The notes beneath the pieces are model-generated. The model made no database searches. It saw nothing but the letters and a program-made list of their open reading frames with translations, and was not told the DNA's origin. A stretch of 64,000 bases of DNA from a virus, in IMG/VR virus record IMGVR_UViG_3300024496_000011. The stretch is one strand, 5' to 3'. How positions within the stretch are numbered: the stretch's first letter is position 1; each line of letters starts with the position of its first letter. Made by a program: the position numbers and the translations under genes. This document shows, in pieces, positions 8,608-17,870 of this stretch.

Positions 8608-9885
8608 TTACTTTTTTGCCTTATACTTATTTATGAAATTGGTTCCATATGACTTTCCTCCAAATTGGAGATATTGTTTATTAGTTCCAACCGATCCTGG
8701 AGTCATTTTTGCATAGTGTTTAAATGCACCAAGAGTTCCAACAAGAGTATTTGGATGTACTTTATCTCTCATTGGACTATTCATTTCTACTTCAGAATAT
8801 TCCATCAAATCTTTGATCCAAGATTTAAACATATATCCTTCTTCCGTCACACATATCAAATGATTAGTTCCTCTACGCATTACTTCACCAATTAATCCTG
8901 TATTTAAATTTTGAATTTTATCGCCTATTTTAAATATTTTTCCCTTTACATAATTTTCACGAAGATTTTTCATATCATACTTAGGGGCAATATCCCATAG
9001 AGAATAACTTTCCTTTTTAACCTTAGATTTCTTAACTTTCATTCCCTGTCGAACAGCATCAAAAAGTGTTTGTGTTTCTCCATCATCTAATGTTTTTGGT
9101 GTTCCTCTACGGAAAGAATTAAAATCATTATCTAATACTGCTTTTCTCATTTTAGATGCAGACATTCCCTCGATACCTTCTGCATCAGCATCTCTTACTC
9201 CAGCAGATACAACTCGAATTAAATCAAAATTATATAGTTCTCCATTATATTTTTGGGCAAGGTTTTCAAATTCTGCCTGACGATCAGAACCCACAACAAT
9301 ATTCACACTAGTATATCCTTCTTCTTGTGCTGCAACAAGAACATCAAAGATTGTTCTCATATATGGGTCATTAATAATGTTCTCCTCAAAATCTGGGAAC
9401 ATTTTTTTCATGTAAGAAATTTTGATATCAGGATCTAGTGGATTTTTCTTTGGATCTTGAGTTCTTGAAGGATAAATCTTAATATCTCCACCAACAGAAA
9501 TCCTCTTTGCCGACTTAAGAAGTTTATCATGACCAATTGTTGGTGGGTTAAAGCGACCAAAAACAATAGTAAGTGGTGATAGTTCTTCTTCAGGTTGCTC
9601 TTCTGGTGCTTGTCCTGATACCGCTTGAGGTTGTGGTGCAGGTGCTTGTGTTGCTTGAGTTGCTTGAGGTAATTGAGTTTTTGCTTGTTTATTTACTGGT
9701 TGCTTTTCTCCCTTTGTCGGTCTACCATCAGTGAATTTAAGTTTCCCTTCTTCTGTTCTTGCAACTGTTTTGCCAGATCTATCTACCCATCCACCATGAC
9801 CATCTCCACGCAATCCAAGTTTTTTCGCCTGCATAGATGCTTGCGATTGCGTTGCTTCTGATAAAAATTGGAAGAAACTCTTCAT
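8608..9885 (-). CDS. cytidylyltransferase-like (HxGH) nucleotidyltransferase with capsid-targeting-like N-terminus
   Basis: FGRFNPPTIGHDKL HxGH motif, GMSASKMR KMSKS-like motif; N-terminus MKSFFQFLSE. Confidence 0.85.
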   Translation of the reverse strand: MKSFFQFLSEATQSQASMQAKKLGLRGDGHGGWVDRSGKTVARTEEGKLKFTDGRPTKGEKQPVNKQAKTQLPQATQATQAPAPQPQAVSGQAPEEQPEEELSPLTIVFGRFNPPTIGHDKLLKSAKRISVGGDIKIYPSRTQDPKKNPLDPDIKISYMKKMFPDFEENIINDPYMRTIFDVLVAAQEEGYTSVNIVVGSDRQAEFENLAQKYNGELYNFDLIRVVSAGVRDADAEGIEGMSASKMRKAVLDNDFNSFRRGTPKTLDDGETQTLFDAVRQGMKVKKSKVKKESYSLWDIAPKYDMKNLRENYVKGKIFKIGDKIQNLNTGLIGEVMRRGTNHLICVTEEGYMFKSWIKDLMEYSEVEMNSPMRDKVHPNTLVGTLGAFKHYAKMTPGSVGTNKQYLQFGGKSYGTNFINKYKAKK

Positions 9886-9933
9886 ATTGTTTATTTTTAT
9901 ACTTTTATTTATTTTTTTCTGCTTTTATATTTA

Positions 9934-10007
9934 TGGAGAATAGGAGACTCGAACTCCTGACATCCTGCTTGCAAAGCAGGCGCTCTACCAGACTGAGCTA
10001 ATTCCCC
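9934..10007 (-). tRNA. trnA: tRNA-Ala (anticodon UGC), 3' CCA not encoded
   Basis: GGGGAAT/ATTCTCC acceptor stem with G3:U70, D arm AGCTCAGTCTGGTAGAGC, anticodon arm CCTGC-TTTGCAA-GCAGG, T arm CAGGAGTTCGAGTCTCCT; discriminator A followed by TAA. Confidence 0.97.
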
Positions 10008-10017
10008 AAGTTTAGAC

Positions 10018-10046
10018 ATTATAAAACCCCTCAACTAAAAAGTCAA
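10018..10046 (-). promoter_or_regulatory. sigma70-type promoter for tRNA-Ala
   Basis: TTGACT-17nt-TATAAT ending 10 nt before the tRNA 5' end. Confidence 0.85.
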
Positions 10047-10052
10047 GGGGTT
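10025..10052 (-). terminator. terminator hairpin overlapping the tRNA promoter
   Basis: AACCCCTTGAC-TTTTTA-GTTGAGGGGTT 11-bp stem followed by TTTAT. Confidence 0.7.
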
Positions 10053-10075
10053 AAAGCAACCTTCCGATTTATTTA

Positions 10076-10972
10076 TCAGATAGTTTCAGTAACCATAATT
10101 TTCAATGCTTCTTCTCTAGTGTTACCTTGCTCCATCAATTCGGCAAGAGTTGTATCAAATACATCAACTTCTTCAGTTGCCATTCTTGAAGCAAGTTTTG
10201 AAGCACCAGAAGCAACTCCAGATGCAGCTGCTCCTACTGCTTTTTTAACACCTCTCTTTGTTCTTGCTGCAGTGTACTTAGCACTTTGCTTTGCTTTTCC
10301 AGCAACATCAGATGCTGCTTGTCCTGCTTTTCTTGCAGCACTATAAGCACCTACTTGCGCTTGAGCGATTTTCTTCTTAATTCTACCTTTAATATCAGCA
10401 GCAACTTTTGCTCTCAGTCCTCTTCTCTTTTCAGGATCCTTCGATCTTGCAGCCATTCCTGCAGCAGGGTGAAGACCTCTCTTTGTTGCATATGCAGCTG
10501 CTGGTCTATCAACAGCACGGAACTTTGCTTCTTTTCCAGCTTCCTTTGCTTTTGCAACTGCTGCTTTACCAGCAGACTTTGCTTTTCCAAGTGCAGACTT
10601 AACAGCACCTTTTACTTTAGCAATTTTTTCTGCTCTCTTTTCCTTTCTGACTACAGATGCGCCTGCCTTTCTTGCTTGACTTGCCGCTTTTTCTGAAGAT
10701 TGTGCATACTGCTTTCTTGCCGCAGCACGAGCACTCATATCAACTCTTGCTTCCGAAAGAACTTCTTCAAAGATTTCTTCCACTTCATCAAAATCATATC
10801 CTTCTTCAAGCATTTCATCAATTGTTTCTTCTACAATTGTATCAATTTCTTCGTCAGTAAGATCTTCAATGCCAGCAAACTCATCTGACATTTCTTCCAA
10901 CTCATCTCTAAGATCTTCATCATAAATTGCACTATATGCTTCACACAAACCTCTAAGTTCTTTAGAATCCAT
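10076..10972 (-). CDS. putative internal head protein: acidic N-terminus, long Lys/Ala/Arg-rich (histone-like) core, acidic C-terminus (298 aa)
   Basis: Composition seen directly; TATAAATA at 11001-11008; VLSE-AR and MATE-EV junctions flank the basic core. Confidence 0.75.
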   Translation of the reverse strand: MDSKELRGLCEAYSAIYDEDLRDELEEMSDEFAGIEDLTDEEIDTIVEETIDEMLEEGYDFDEVEEIFEEVLSEARVDMSARAAARKQYAQSSEKAASQARKAGASVVRKEKRAEKIAKVKGAVKSALGKAKSAGKAAVAKAKEAGKEAKFRAVDRPAAAYATKRGLHPAAGMAARSKDPEKRRGLRAKVAADIKGRIKKKIAQAQVGAYSAARKAGQAASDVAGKAKQSAKYTAARTKRGVKKAVGAAASGVASGASKLASRMATEEVDVFDTTLAELMEQGNTREEALKIMVTETI

Positions 10973-11000
10973 TTGAAAGTTTTTAGTAATTCTGTATATT

Positions 11001-11030
11001 TATTTATAAAAAAAGACCCCGAAGGATCAA
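11001..11030 (-). promoter_or_regulatory. UUCG-hairpin terminator followed by late promoter TATAAATA
   Basis: GATCC-TTCG-GGGTC-TTTTT-TATAAATA. Confidence 0.75.
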
Positions 11031-11212
11031 ATACCAAGAACAGCACCAATATTATCGTCAAGTTGTTGAATTACTTCACGAATATCAATTACACGCGGAG
11101 GAACACTCACTTCATCATAAGTATATCCTTTTTGTGCATCAAACAAAACTTGACGAACTGCTGCTGCTGCACGAGCATCCATTTTAATTGTTACTTGTTT
11201 TTCTTTAGTCAT
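11027..11212 (-). CDS. hypothetical protein (61 aa)
   Basis: ORF coupled to mazG by ATGA overlap. Confidence 0.7.
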   Translation of the reverse strand: MTKEKQVTIKMDARAAAAVRQVLFDAQKGYTYDEVSVPPRVIDIREVIQQLDDNIGAVLGI

Positions 11213-11613
11213 AGATCTCCATTTTTACGATTTTCAGAACGCTCAATACTGAAAGCACCTTCAGGATAACGAGCATTTAATTTCTCAAAGTTCATTTGAA
11301 TAACTTCTTCAAGAGAAATATCAAGTCCAATACATGCCTGAGAAACATACCACATAATGTCCCCAAGTTCACGCTTCAAGTGAAACAAGTTTTCTTGATT
11401 TACAGGTTTACCTTGAAAGACAATCTTCTTTACAATTTCAGTAAATTCACCTGCTTCGGCAGACATTCCTACAGCAGCAGTAAGCAGTCTTTCGGTAGGA
11501 AACTCCTGTTCCCTTAGTTCCATAAGACTGTTGATGAAAGATGCGTGGTCTTTACTAGGATTAGAAGTAGTGGTATTAACGAACTCGACATACTTATTAA
11601 GATCAATAGTCAT
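11209..11613 (-). CDS. mazG: MazG-like nucleoside triphosphate pyrophosphohydrolase
   Basis: GMSAEAGEFTEIVKK...KRELGDIMWYV...NFEKLNARYP. Confidence 0.88.
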   Translation of the reverse strand: MTIDLNKYVEFVNTTTSNPSKDHASFINSLMELREQEFPTERLLTAAVGMSAEAGEFTEIVKKIVFQGKPVNQENLFHLKRELGDIMWYVSQACIGLDISLEEVIQMNFEKLNARYPEGAFSIERSENRKNGDL

Positions 11614-12989
11614 CAGAATTTAAATCCCTCAAATGATTTTTTAGGTTTCTTTTCTTCATAATCATACTCTTCATCCTTTCCGTTGTCAAGAATATCTTGC
11701 TGAGCAGATTGTTCACAATCATAAAGTCTCATCTTGGCACGATCAATACCAACAACAAAACGCTTATGAATTGTTGGATCATTATAACGATTCTTAAGTT
11801 GTTTCACAAGAATTTGACCAAGACCTTCAAGTTCTTCTGTAGAAATTAACGCAAACATCAAGTCAGCAGTTGCAGGGAGACCGAAAGACTCAGAAGTATC
11901 TGTTAGTTCCACATCAGAAGAACCATAACCAGAACGAGTAGTCTGAGTAGCACTTACAATGGGAACATTAAATTCCACAGCAAGACCACGAAGTTCTTCT
12001 GCAATTGCTTTTACAAAAGTATAAGAGTTGATATTACTATTACCCTTATACCTTGAAGATGAACAAATGTTTAGATAATCAATAAAGATAATATCTGGTT
12101 TGAACGATTTCTTAAGAGCAAGTTCATTCAGAAGAGACTTAAAATGTCCAGAGTGTGCAGAAGCAGTTGGATACTCTTTAATGATTAAAGTACCTTGAGT
12201 TTTCTTTGCAAGGTTTGTAACCTTATTCTCAAACATTTGCTTTGGTAGATCTACAATATCCTGAATAGGAACATTCAGGAGGTTTGCGTCAATTCTTTCA
12301 GCAATGCGTTCTTCTGCCATTTCCAGCGTAATGTACAGAACGTTCCGTCCCTGGAGCAAGACGGAGCTAGCCATATGGCACATGAATAAAGACTTCCCGA
12401 CGCCCGTACCAGCAAGAGCGATGTTAAGAGTTTTGTTAGGGAGACCACCTTTCGTGATTTTATTAAAGTATTCGAGATCAAATTCAATTTTATCCTCCTT
12501 TTTATGATATGATTCGTATCTTTGTTCATAGTCTTGTAGATAATCATGTCCGATATGAGTATCAAAACTTACAGCAAGAGCATCAGAAAGAATAGAAGGA
12601 ATACTGTCACGATTTTTCTTTTCATCTTTACCGTCTGTAATATGAATTGATTCCATAAGTGCCAAATAAATGGCACGATCACGACACCATTTTTCAGTGG
12701 TATTAACTAACCAATCAAACTCAACAGGCACATCATCCAAACAAGAAATTACTTGCACAATTTCCTTAAAAGACTGTTCATTAATGTCTGTTCTTTTTTC
12801 TATCTCGATACAAAGAACCTCTTTAGTTGTTGGTTGATTGTATTGTTGTACAAAAGACTGAATTTCTTCAAATATAATTTTTTGATTAAGGTCTTCAAAA
12901 TATTCAGATTTAATAAAAGGAATTACTTTCCTAATGTATTGTTCATTGTATAAAAGGTTTCTAAGAATTAGAAACTCAACTTTCTCCAT
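11613..12989 (-). CDS. gp41: replicative DNA helicase (T4 gp41, DnaB-like)
   Basis: Walker [29 protein letters not shown]. Confidence 0.96.
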   Translation of the reverse strand: MEKVEFLILRNLLYNEQYIRKVIPFIKSEYFEDLNQKIIFEEIQSFVQQYNQPTTKEVLCIEIEKRTDINEQSFKEIVQVISCLDDVPVEFDWLVNTTEKWCRDRAIYLALMESIHITDGKDEKKNRDSIPSILSDALAVSFDTHIGHDYLQDYEQRYESYHKKEDKIEFDLEYFNKITKGGLPNKTLNIALAGTGVGKSLFMCHMASSVLLQGRNVLYITLEMAEERIAERIDANLLNVPIQDIVDLPKQMFENKVTNLAKKTQGTLIIKEYPTASAHSGHFKSLLNELALKKSFKPDIIFIDYLNICSSSRYKGNSNINSYTFVKAIAEELRGLAVEFNVPIVSATQTTRSGYGSSDVELTDTSESFGLPATADLMFALISTEELEGLGQILVKQLKNRYNDPTIHKRFVVGIDRAKMRLYDCEQSAQQDILDNGKDEEYDYEEKKPKKSFEGFKF

Positions 12990-13983
12990 AACTAAATTCC
13001 TTTCGTGCGATTTGGTCTAATTGTTCCATTACTTCTTCTGTGAAGTATACTTCAGGTTCTTTTAGAATCTGTTTAGCATAAATTTTCTTACCATCAATTT
13101 CATAGCGTCCTGCTACATTCTTCCAGAGTCCACCAATCTCACCAAGTTCCAGAAGACCATAGTAACGATCAAGGCCGCGCTCATCATAATACAGACGGAT
13201 CTCAACATCTTTATTCTCCTTACTCAAACGCGATTTAGCAGTCTTAGCTTTGATAATATTGCCGACCACTTCTGTTCCATCCTTTTCTTTCTTTTTGCTG
13301 AGATAAATGATCGTACTTGCTGCGTATTTGAGTCCAGAACCTCCCCCCATTTCTTTCGTTGGTACATAAGCTCCGATGACATCGTATGTATGATTTGTGA
13401 CAAGGAGTGGAACATTTGCTTGACCTAATTTAAGTGTGAGCATTCGGAATGCACCTTTGACAAGTTGAGATTTAGTCATATCACGAACTTGTTTATCATT
13501 GAGTGCATCAGTGATTTCTTTTTCAGTGGAAAGCATTCCTAAAGAGTCTAGCACAAACATGCAAGGTTTGCGTTCTTCTACAGGTTTTTTTAAGTATAGG
13601 TCTACTGCTTTTAATGCTTTTCCACGAAATTCTTCAATAGTAACAACATTAACAACCACAAGGCGAGAAGTATCAATTCCACGGGATTCTACAAGTGATT
13701 TAGTAATAGCAGCCTCAGTATCAAAATAGAGACAATAACCATCGGGATTGGTATCAAGAAAATTCTTAACAACGGCGAGCGAGAAGAAAGTTTTTCCAGT
13801 ACTAGACTCTCCAGCAATAGCAGTAATCTTGTTCCCAGATACACCACCAAATATACTACCTGAAACCAGTGCATTAAAAATGTACGAACCAGTGTCAACA
13901 TATTTTTCAGTCTCATCAATGTCTGCGGCAAGTTGCGTATACTCACCACCAATTTCTTTTACAATATCTTTTAAGAAATCCAT
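12976..13983 (-). CDS. uvsX: RecA-like recombinase UvsX
   Basis: [30 protein letters not shown]. Confidence 0.96.
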   Translation of the reverse strand: MDFLKDIVKEIGGEYTQLAADIDETEKYVDTGSYIFNALVSGSIFGGVSGNKITAIAGESSTGKTFFSLAVVKNFLDTNPDGYCLYFDTEAAITKSLVESRGIDTSRLVVVNVVTIEEFRGKALKAVDLYLKKPVEERKPCMFVLDSLGMLSTEKEITDALNDKQVRDMTKSQLVKGAFRMLTLKLGQANVPLLVTNHTYDVIGAYVPTKEMGGGSGLKYAASTIIYLSKKKEKDGTEVVGNIIKAKTAKSRLSKENKDVEIRLYYDERGLDRYYGLLELGEIGGLWKNVAGRYEIDGKKIYAKQILKEPEVYFTEEVMEQLDQIARKEFSYGES

Positions 13984-14102
13984 AATTTATTTTTCCTGTT
14001 TATGTTAAAAGTCCACAATTTATTATAAAGATCTTTTTGATTAGAATTTTTAAGAATCTCTATAATTATTTTAAATTCTTTTTCTGTTATAGGTATGTCC
14101 AT
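13971..14102 (-). CDS. small hypothetical protein (43 aa, [33 protein letters not shown]...)
   Basis: Hand-translated; TAATG coupling to the DNA polymerase stop; fills the gp43-uvsX gap. Confidence 0.55.
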   Translation of the reverse strand: MDIPITEKEFKIIIEILKNSNQKDLYNKLWTFNINRKNKLWIS

Positions 14103-16597
14103 TAAGAAAAAAATGATTCTAAACTTACAGTTTTTTCAACATTCCAACCAATAGAATCAAGAATAATTTTAAGTGGTTCTAAAAATGCCTTCTCAAATTG
14201 TAAATCATAGTCTATGTATCTGTCAAGATTAAGCTCTTTAGGAAAATCTTGAATAAATGAGATTACATTCTCGTGGATAATATTGGGTTTTTTGAGGTAG
14301 ATAAACTTAATTTTTTCTCCATTCTGTATAAGAGAATATTTGTTAGTTAATTTATTACTCTTTATGTAATGATTAAACAAGAGAGCTCCGCGAACATGAA
14401 TTGGAGTTCCTTTGATGTAAATATCGGAAGAAGATTGATATTTAGTTACATCAGAAGCTGATCGTGGGAAAGAGATAGATTCTGGAGAAAGTGTCCTGAA
14501 TTCAAGGCGACAATTATCAATAAAATTAATTATATCATCCTCCGTCCCATTCATCAAAATTTTAAAGGAATCTTTTAGCATTTTACGACATGGCGCAGGA
14601 GTGGAAGATTTAATTGCCTCAATCCCTTTAATTTTTAATTTAGGTTCCTCATAACGAACTCCCTCACTATCCCAAACACTGAGAATATATCGCTTCTTCG
14701 CAGTCCAAATACCACGCTCAGCAATACATTCACGCTTCATAAACATCTTCTGTTCATAAGCATTCACATAGTCCGCCAATTCTTGATAAGAACTTTCAAT
14801 ATACTTTTCAAATTCCACAGAACAGACCTTATCAAGGAACGAAACAATGCCTTGAGTAGTTTTCTCTCTTCCTTGGAATACACTTTCAACCAAAGGGCCC
14901 ATATTAATATACAGAGAGTCGGTATCAGAAGCAATAACATAATCAAAATCCCCACTTTTAAGAATTTTATTCAAATAAGAATTCACCTTATTCATAATCC
15001 ACTGAATAGCAACTTGACCAGAGAGAGTGATTGCTTCAGCGTTTGCCAGTTTGTAATAACGGAAATACTGATTCCCAATGGCACCATAAGCAGAGTTCAA
15101 TTGAATCTTTCTCGCCATCTGAATATTATTGCAGCGAGATATCTCCTTAATCAACTCTTTGTTCTTTGTCTTTTCATATTCCTGTTCTGCAGCAAGCATC
15201 TTCTTCTTAAAGACTACCCGTTCATTATAAATTTTTTCCATCAGTTCCGGAAGAAACCCACGAACCTCTTTAAGAAACATTGCACCATTTGCACATACTG
15301 CATAATCTTTATACATCTCAAAGTTAAGACTTTGATCCAAAATCTTATCGACAGAAACTGTTGGATGTTTTTCTTCTAAAAGAGTTTCTGGTGAGATGTT
15401 ATACATCATAATCAAGTGTGGGTACAGTGAGTTCAAGTCAAAACTCACAACCCAATCATACATTCCAGGAACAGGTTCTTTTACATAGGCACCAGCATAC
15501 TTTTCATCCTTCTGTGTTTTATTTTTTGGAGGAATGACAATGTTTCTTTTCTTGAGATATGTGTAGATAATGTTATCCCACATACGAACTTGGTAGAACA
15601 CATCAGCATAGTTCACTTTAGCGTCATATGCCATTGTCAACGCAAGTTCAATCAATTTCATCTTGTCTTCCAGTCGGTCAACAAGTTCCACATCCTTGAT
15701 GTTGTACTCTACGAATTTCTGCCATCCTTTAGTGTAGAAATCTTTAAAAGTGTCAAACTCTGAGTGATCCAGTTTCTTCTGACCCAGTTCTACTTCGGCA
15801 ATGTAATCTAGTCGATAAGATTCTTGTGCTTTATATGTAAATTTTTTATAAAGATCAAGGTAATCAAGTTGAGTCAATCCACCAACATCAAATGTTGTAT
15901 GCTTACGACCATTAATATAAATCTCACCTTCAGTTACAAGTCCCCAATTGGAAAATCGTTTCATTAGTTTTTCACCAAGAACACGATTCAATCTTTTACA
16001 GATATATGGAATGTCATATAACTGAATGTTCCAACCAGTCACAACATCGGGAACATCGACCATCCAATAATTAATGAAACTATTAAGAAGTTCATATTCA
16101 CTTGGGCAGTAATGATAAGTTACATTACTCTGTTTATTATTAAATGGTTTAACTCCCCAAGTAATAATTTCTTTAGTTGTATAGTCCTGAATTGTAATTG
16201 CAAGAATTTCTTCAGAGCAAGATTCTACATCAGGGAATCCTTGCTCTGATGCAACCTCAATATCCAAAGTTACAAGTTTGATTTTACTAATGTCAAACTT
16301 GATTTCATCTTCCGAATATTTTTCCGAAATATATTGATAGATATAACGATCATTTCCATAGATCTCGAACCCATCGATTTCATCATATTTTTTATAGAAC
16401 TCCCGACAATCTTTAACTGTACCTGGATTGATTGGTTCTACTGCTTCTCCACTTAATGTCCTATACTTAGAATCTTTTTTAGTTTTTACAAAAAGAGTAG
16501 GAAAAAACTCATCTCTTGTTTCAAATCTTTTACCATTTTCTACGCCACGAACCAAAAATTGATTTCCAATCAACTGAACATTAGTGTAAAATCTCAT
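14102..16597 (-). CDS. gp43: DNA polymerase family B (T4 gp43)
   Basis: Exonuclease DIE motif, SFDLNSLYPHL, KIQLNSAYG, ASDTDS. Confidence 0.98.
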   Translation of the reverse strand: MRFYTNVQLIGNQFLVRGVENGKRFETRDEFFPTLFVKTKKDSKYRTLSGEAVEPINPGTVKDCREFYKKYDEIDGFEIYGNDRYIYQYISEKYSEDEIKFDISKIKLVTLDIEVASEQGFPDVESCSEEILAITIQDYTTKEIITWGVKPFNNKQSNVTYHYCPSEYELLNSFINYWMVDVPDVVTGWNIQLYDIPYICKRLNRVLGEKLMKRFSNWGLVTEGEIYINGRKHTTFDVGGLTQLDYLDLYKKFTYKAQESYRLDYIAEVELGQKKLDHSEFDTFKDFYTKGWQKFVEYNIKDVELVDRLEDKMKLIELALTMAYDAKVNYADVFYQVRMWDNIIYTYLKKRNIVIPPKNKTQKDEKYAGAYVKEPVPGMYDWVVSFDLNSLYPHLIMMYNISPETLLEEKHPTVSVDKILDQSLNFEMYKDYAVCANGAMFLKEVRGFLPELMEKIYNERVVFKKKMLAAEQEYEKTKNKELIKEISRCNNIQMARKIQLNSAYGAIGNQYFRYYKLANAEAITLSGQVAIQWIMNKVNSYLNKILKSGDFDYVIASDTDSLYINMGPLVESVFQGREKTTQGIVSFLDKVCSVEFEKYIESSYQELADYVNAYEQKMFMKRECIAERGIWTAKKRYILSVWDSEGVRYEEPKLKIKGIEAIKSSTPAPCRKMLKDSFKILMNGTEDDIINFIDNCRLEFRTLSPESISFPRSASDVTKYQSSSDIYIKGTPIHVRGALLFNHYIKSNKLTNKYSLIQNGEKIKFIYLKKPNIIHENVISFIQDFPKELNLDRYIDYDLQFEKAFLEPLKIILDSIGWNVEKTVSLESFFS

Positions 16598-16854
16598 TCT
16601 TTAATCAAGTCCTCATATTTTTCAAGTAAAGTTGGAGTTGGATCCACAAGCGTAAGAATCTTTTCCGAACTCATCATAAAAGTTTTTTCTTTTGTGAACC
16701 CACAAAGGAATGGTTCCATAGTGTGATCATTTTTCACGACGAATGGATTAATCAGTTTACAATCTGGTTCTCCAATGTCTGCACCGACTTCTTCAATTTC
16801 ACTTATAAGAATTAAACTATTCGTTAATGCTAATATTTTGATCATTTTTTTCAT
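16594..16854 (-). CDS. putative Sm-like fold protein, paralog B
   Basis: Shares INP...EPF...TKE...ILTLVDP...KY pattern with 16817-17146 and 30224-30616. Confidence 0.7.
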   Translation of the reverse strand: MKKMIKILALTNSLILISEIEEVGADIGEPDCKLINPFVVKNDHTMEPFLCGFTKEKTFMMSSEKILTLVDPTPTLLEKYEDLIKE

Positions 16855-17146
16855 TTTTTAAAATGTCCTCTTGATACATGTTTGATAATTGATCTATGGG
16901 ATCGACTAGAGTAATTACCCAATCTAAAGATACAGGAACTCTAGTATCTTTAGTAAGAAGAATCCAAGGAACCAATCTTATTTTAACAGAATTTGTTTCA
17001 ACAGATTCCTTTTCTTCACTTGATTTCATTTTAATACTGCATGGTTTATTGAAGATATAACCAACTACTTTATCTTCAACCACCATTTCTTGTATATCCG
17101 CGATAATGTCTTCGCCAGATTTTAAAATTGCAAGTTTTACAGTCAT
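16817..17146 (-). CDS. putative Sm-like fold protein, paralog A
   Basis: LKSGEDII...NKP...VPW...TKD...VITLVDP...MY. Confidence 0.7.
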   Translation of the reverse strand: MTVKLAILKSGEDIIADIQEMVVEDKVVGYIFNKPCSIKMKSSEEKESVETNSVKIRLVPWILLTKDTRVPVSLDWVITLVDPIDQLSNMYQEDILKNEKNDQNISINE

Positions 17147-17167
17147 CGTTGCTCCATACCTCTTAGC

Positions 17168-17196
17168 ATTCTACCAATAAAAAAAGGAGGAGTCAA
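17168..17196 (-). promoter_or_regulatory. sigma70-type promoter for the Sm-pair/gp43 operon
   Basis: TTGACT-17nt-TAGAAT with TG extension. Confidence 0.8.
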
Positions 17197-17241
17197 CCTG
17201 GATTTTGCCAGGTGCTCCTCGCGCCGACGATATTCAATTAC
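17179..17241 (-). ncRNA. candidate small RNA (~60 nt) between late promoter ATAAATA (17242-17248) and a terminator
   Basis: Non-coding GC-rich ATATCGTCGGCGC leader plus GAGGAG-CACCTGG-CAAAAT-CCAGGT-TGA-CTCCTC-T7 hairpin. Confidence 0.4.
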
Positions 17242-17244
17242 TAT

Positions 17245-17409
17245 TTATTCTCCACCATCTCCACCATCCCCATTGCCACCCGCACTTGATCGACTTCTTA
17301 CCGGAACTGCTTTTCCTTTTGGAATGTTTTTTTGCTTTCCTCCAGAATAAACAGTGTGAGGAATAGAATTCTTATATGCGATTGTTTTGAACTCGTCGAA
17401 AGATTTCAT
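17245..17409 (-). CDS. small basic/Gly-rich late protein (54 aa, MKSFDEFKTIAYKNSIPHTVYSGGKQKNIPKGKAVPVRSRSSAGGNGDGGDGGE)
   Basis: Hand-translated; CTAAATA at 17420-17426; MKSFxEF N-terminus. Confidence 0.65.
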   Translation of the reverse strand: MKSFDEFKTIAYKNSIPHTVYSGGKQKNIPKGKAVPVRSRSSAGGNGDGGDGGE

Positions 17410-17422
17410 TTTTTATTTTTAT

Positions 17423-17863
17423 TTAGAGATAATCCTTTCGTTTATGATGGTCAGGAACAATTCTACCAAGAGTAATATTCAAAAGCCCATCCTCAAAATC
17501 AACTGATCTAACTTCCGTATCATCAGAGAGCGTCCACGCTCTCTTAAAACTCCGTTGAGCCAAACCTTTGTGGAGATAGTTGGACTCCGTTTCTTTATCT
17601 TCTTTTTGGCCTTCAACAAAGAGTTTACCATCTTGTGTGTAGACATAAACCTCCTTCTTTCTAAATCCAGCAAGAGCAAGTTCAAGTCGTGATTCTACAT
17701 TGCTGACTTGAACTAAGTTGTATGGTGGATAGTTAGTAGTGGTTTCATGAAGATTGAATAGACGATCAAAATATTCATCCATTCCAATACTATTGCGTGC
17801 GATTCTATCCATCAAAGCAGGAAGATCTGCATGTGTAAACCGTGAAGTTACAAGGTTAGTCAT
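17423..17863 (-). CDS. hsp20: small heat shock protein Hsp20/IbpA family
   Basis: YPPYNL, LELALAGF, YLHKGLAQRSFKRAW, DGLLNITL; start reassigned to MTNLV (SD AAGGAG upstream of 17863). Confidence 0.93.
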   Translation of the reverse strand: MTNLVTSRFTHADLPALMDRIARNSIGMDEYFDRLFNLHETTTNYPPYNLVQVSNVESRLELALAGFRKKEVYVYTQDGKLFVEGQKEDKETESNYLHKGLAQRSFKRAWTLSDDTEVRSVDFEDGLLNITLGRIVPDHHKRKDYL

Positions 17864-17870
17864 TATGGTA

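Noticed and set aside
9934-9936. Apparent encoded CCA on tRNA-Ala
   Set aside because: Those bases are the last two acceptor-stem nucleotides plus the discriminator; TAA follows, so CCA must be added by the host.
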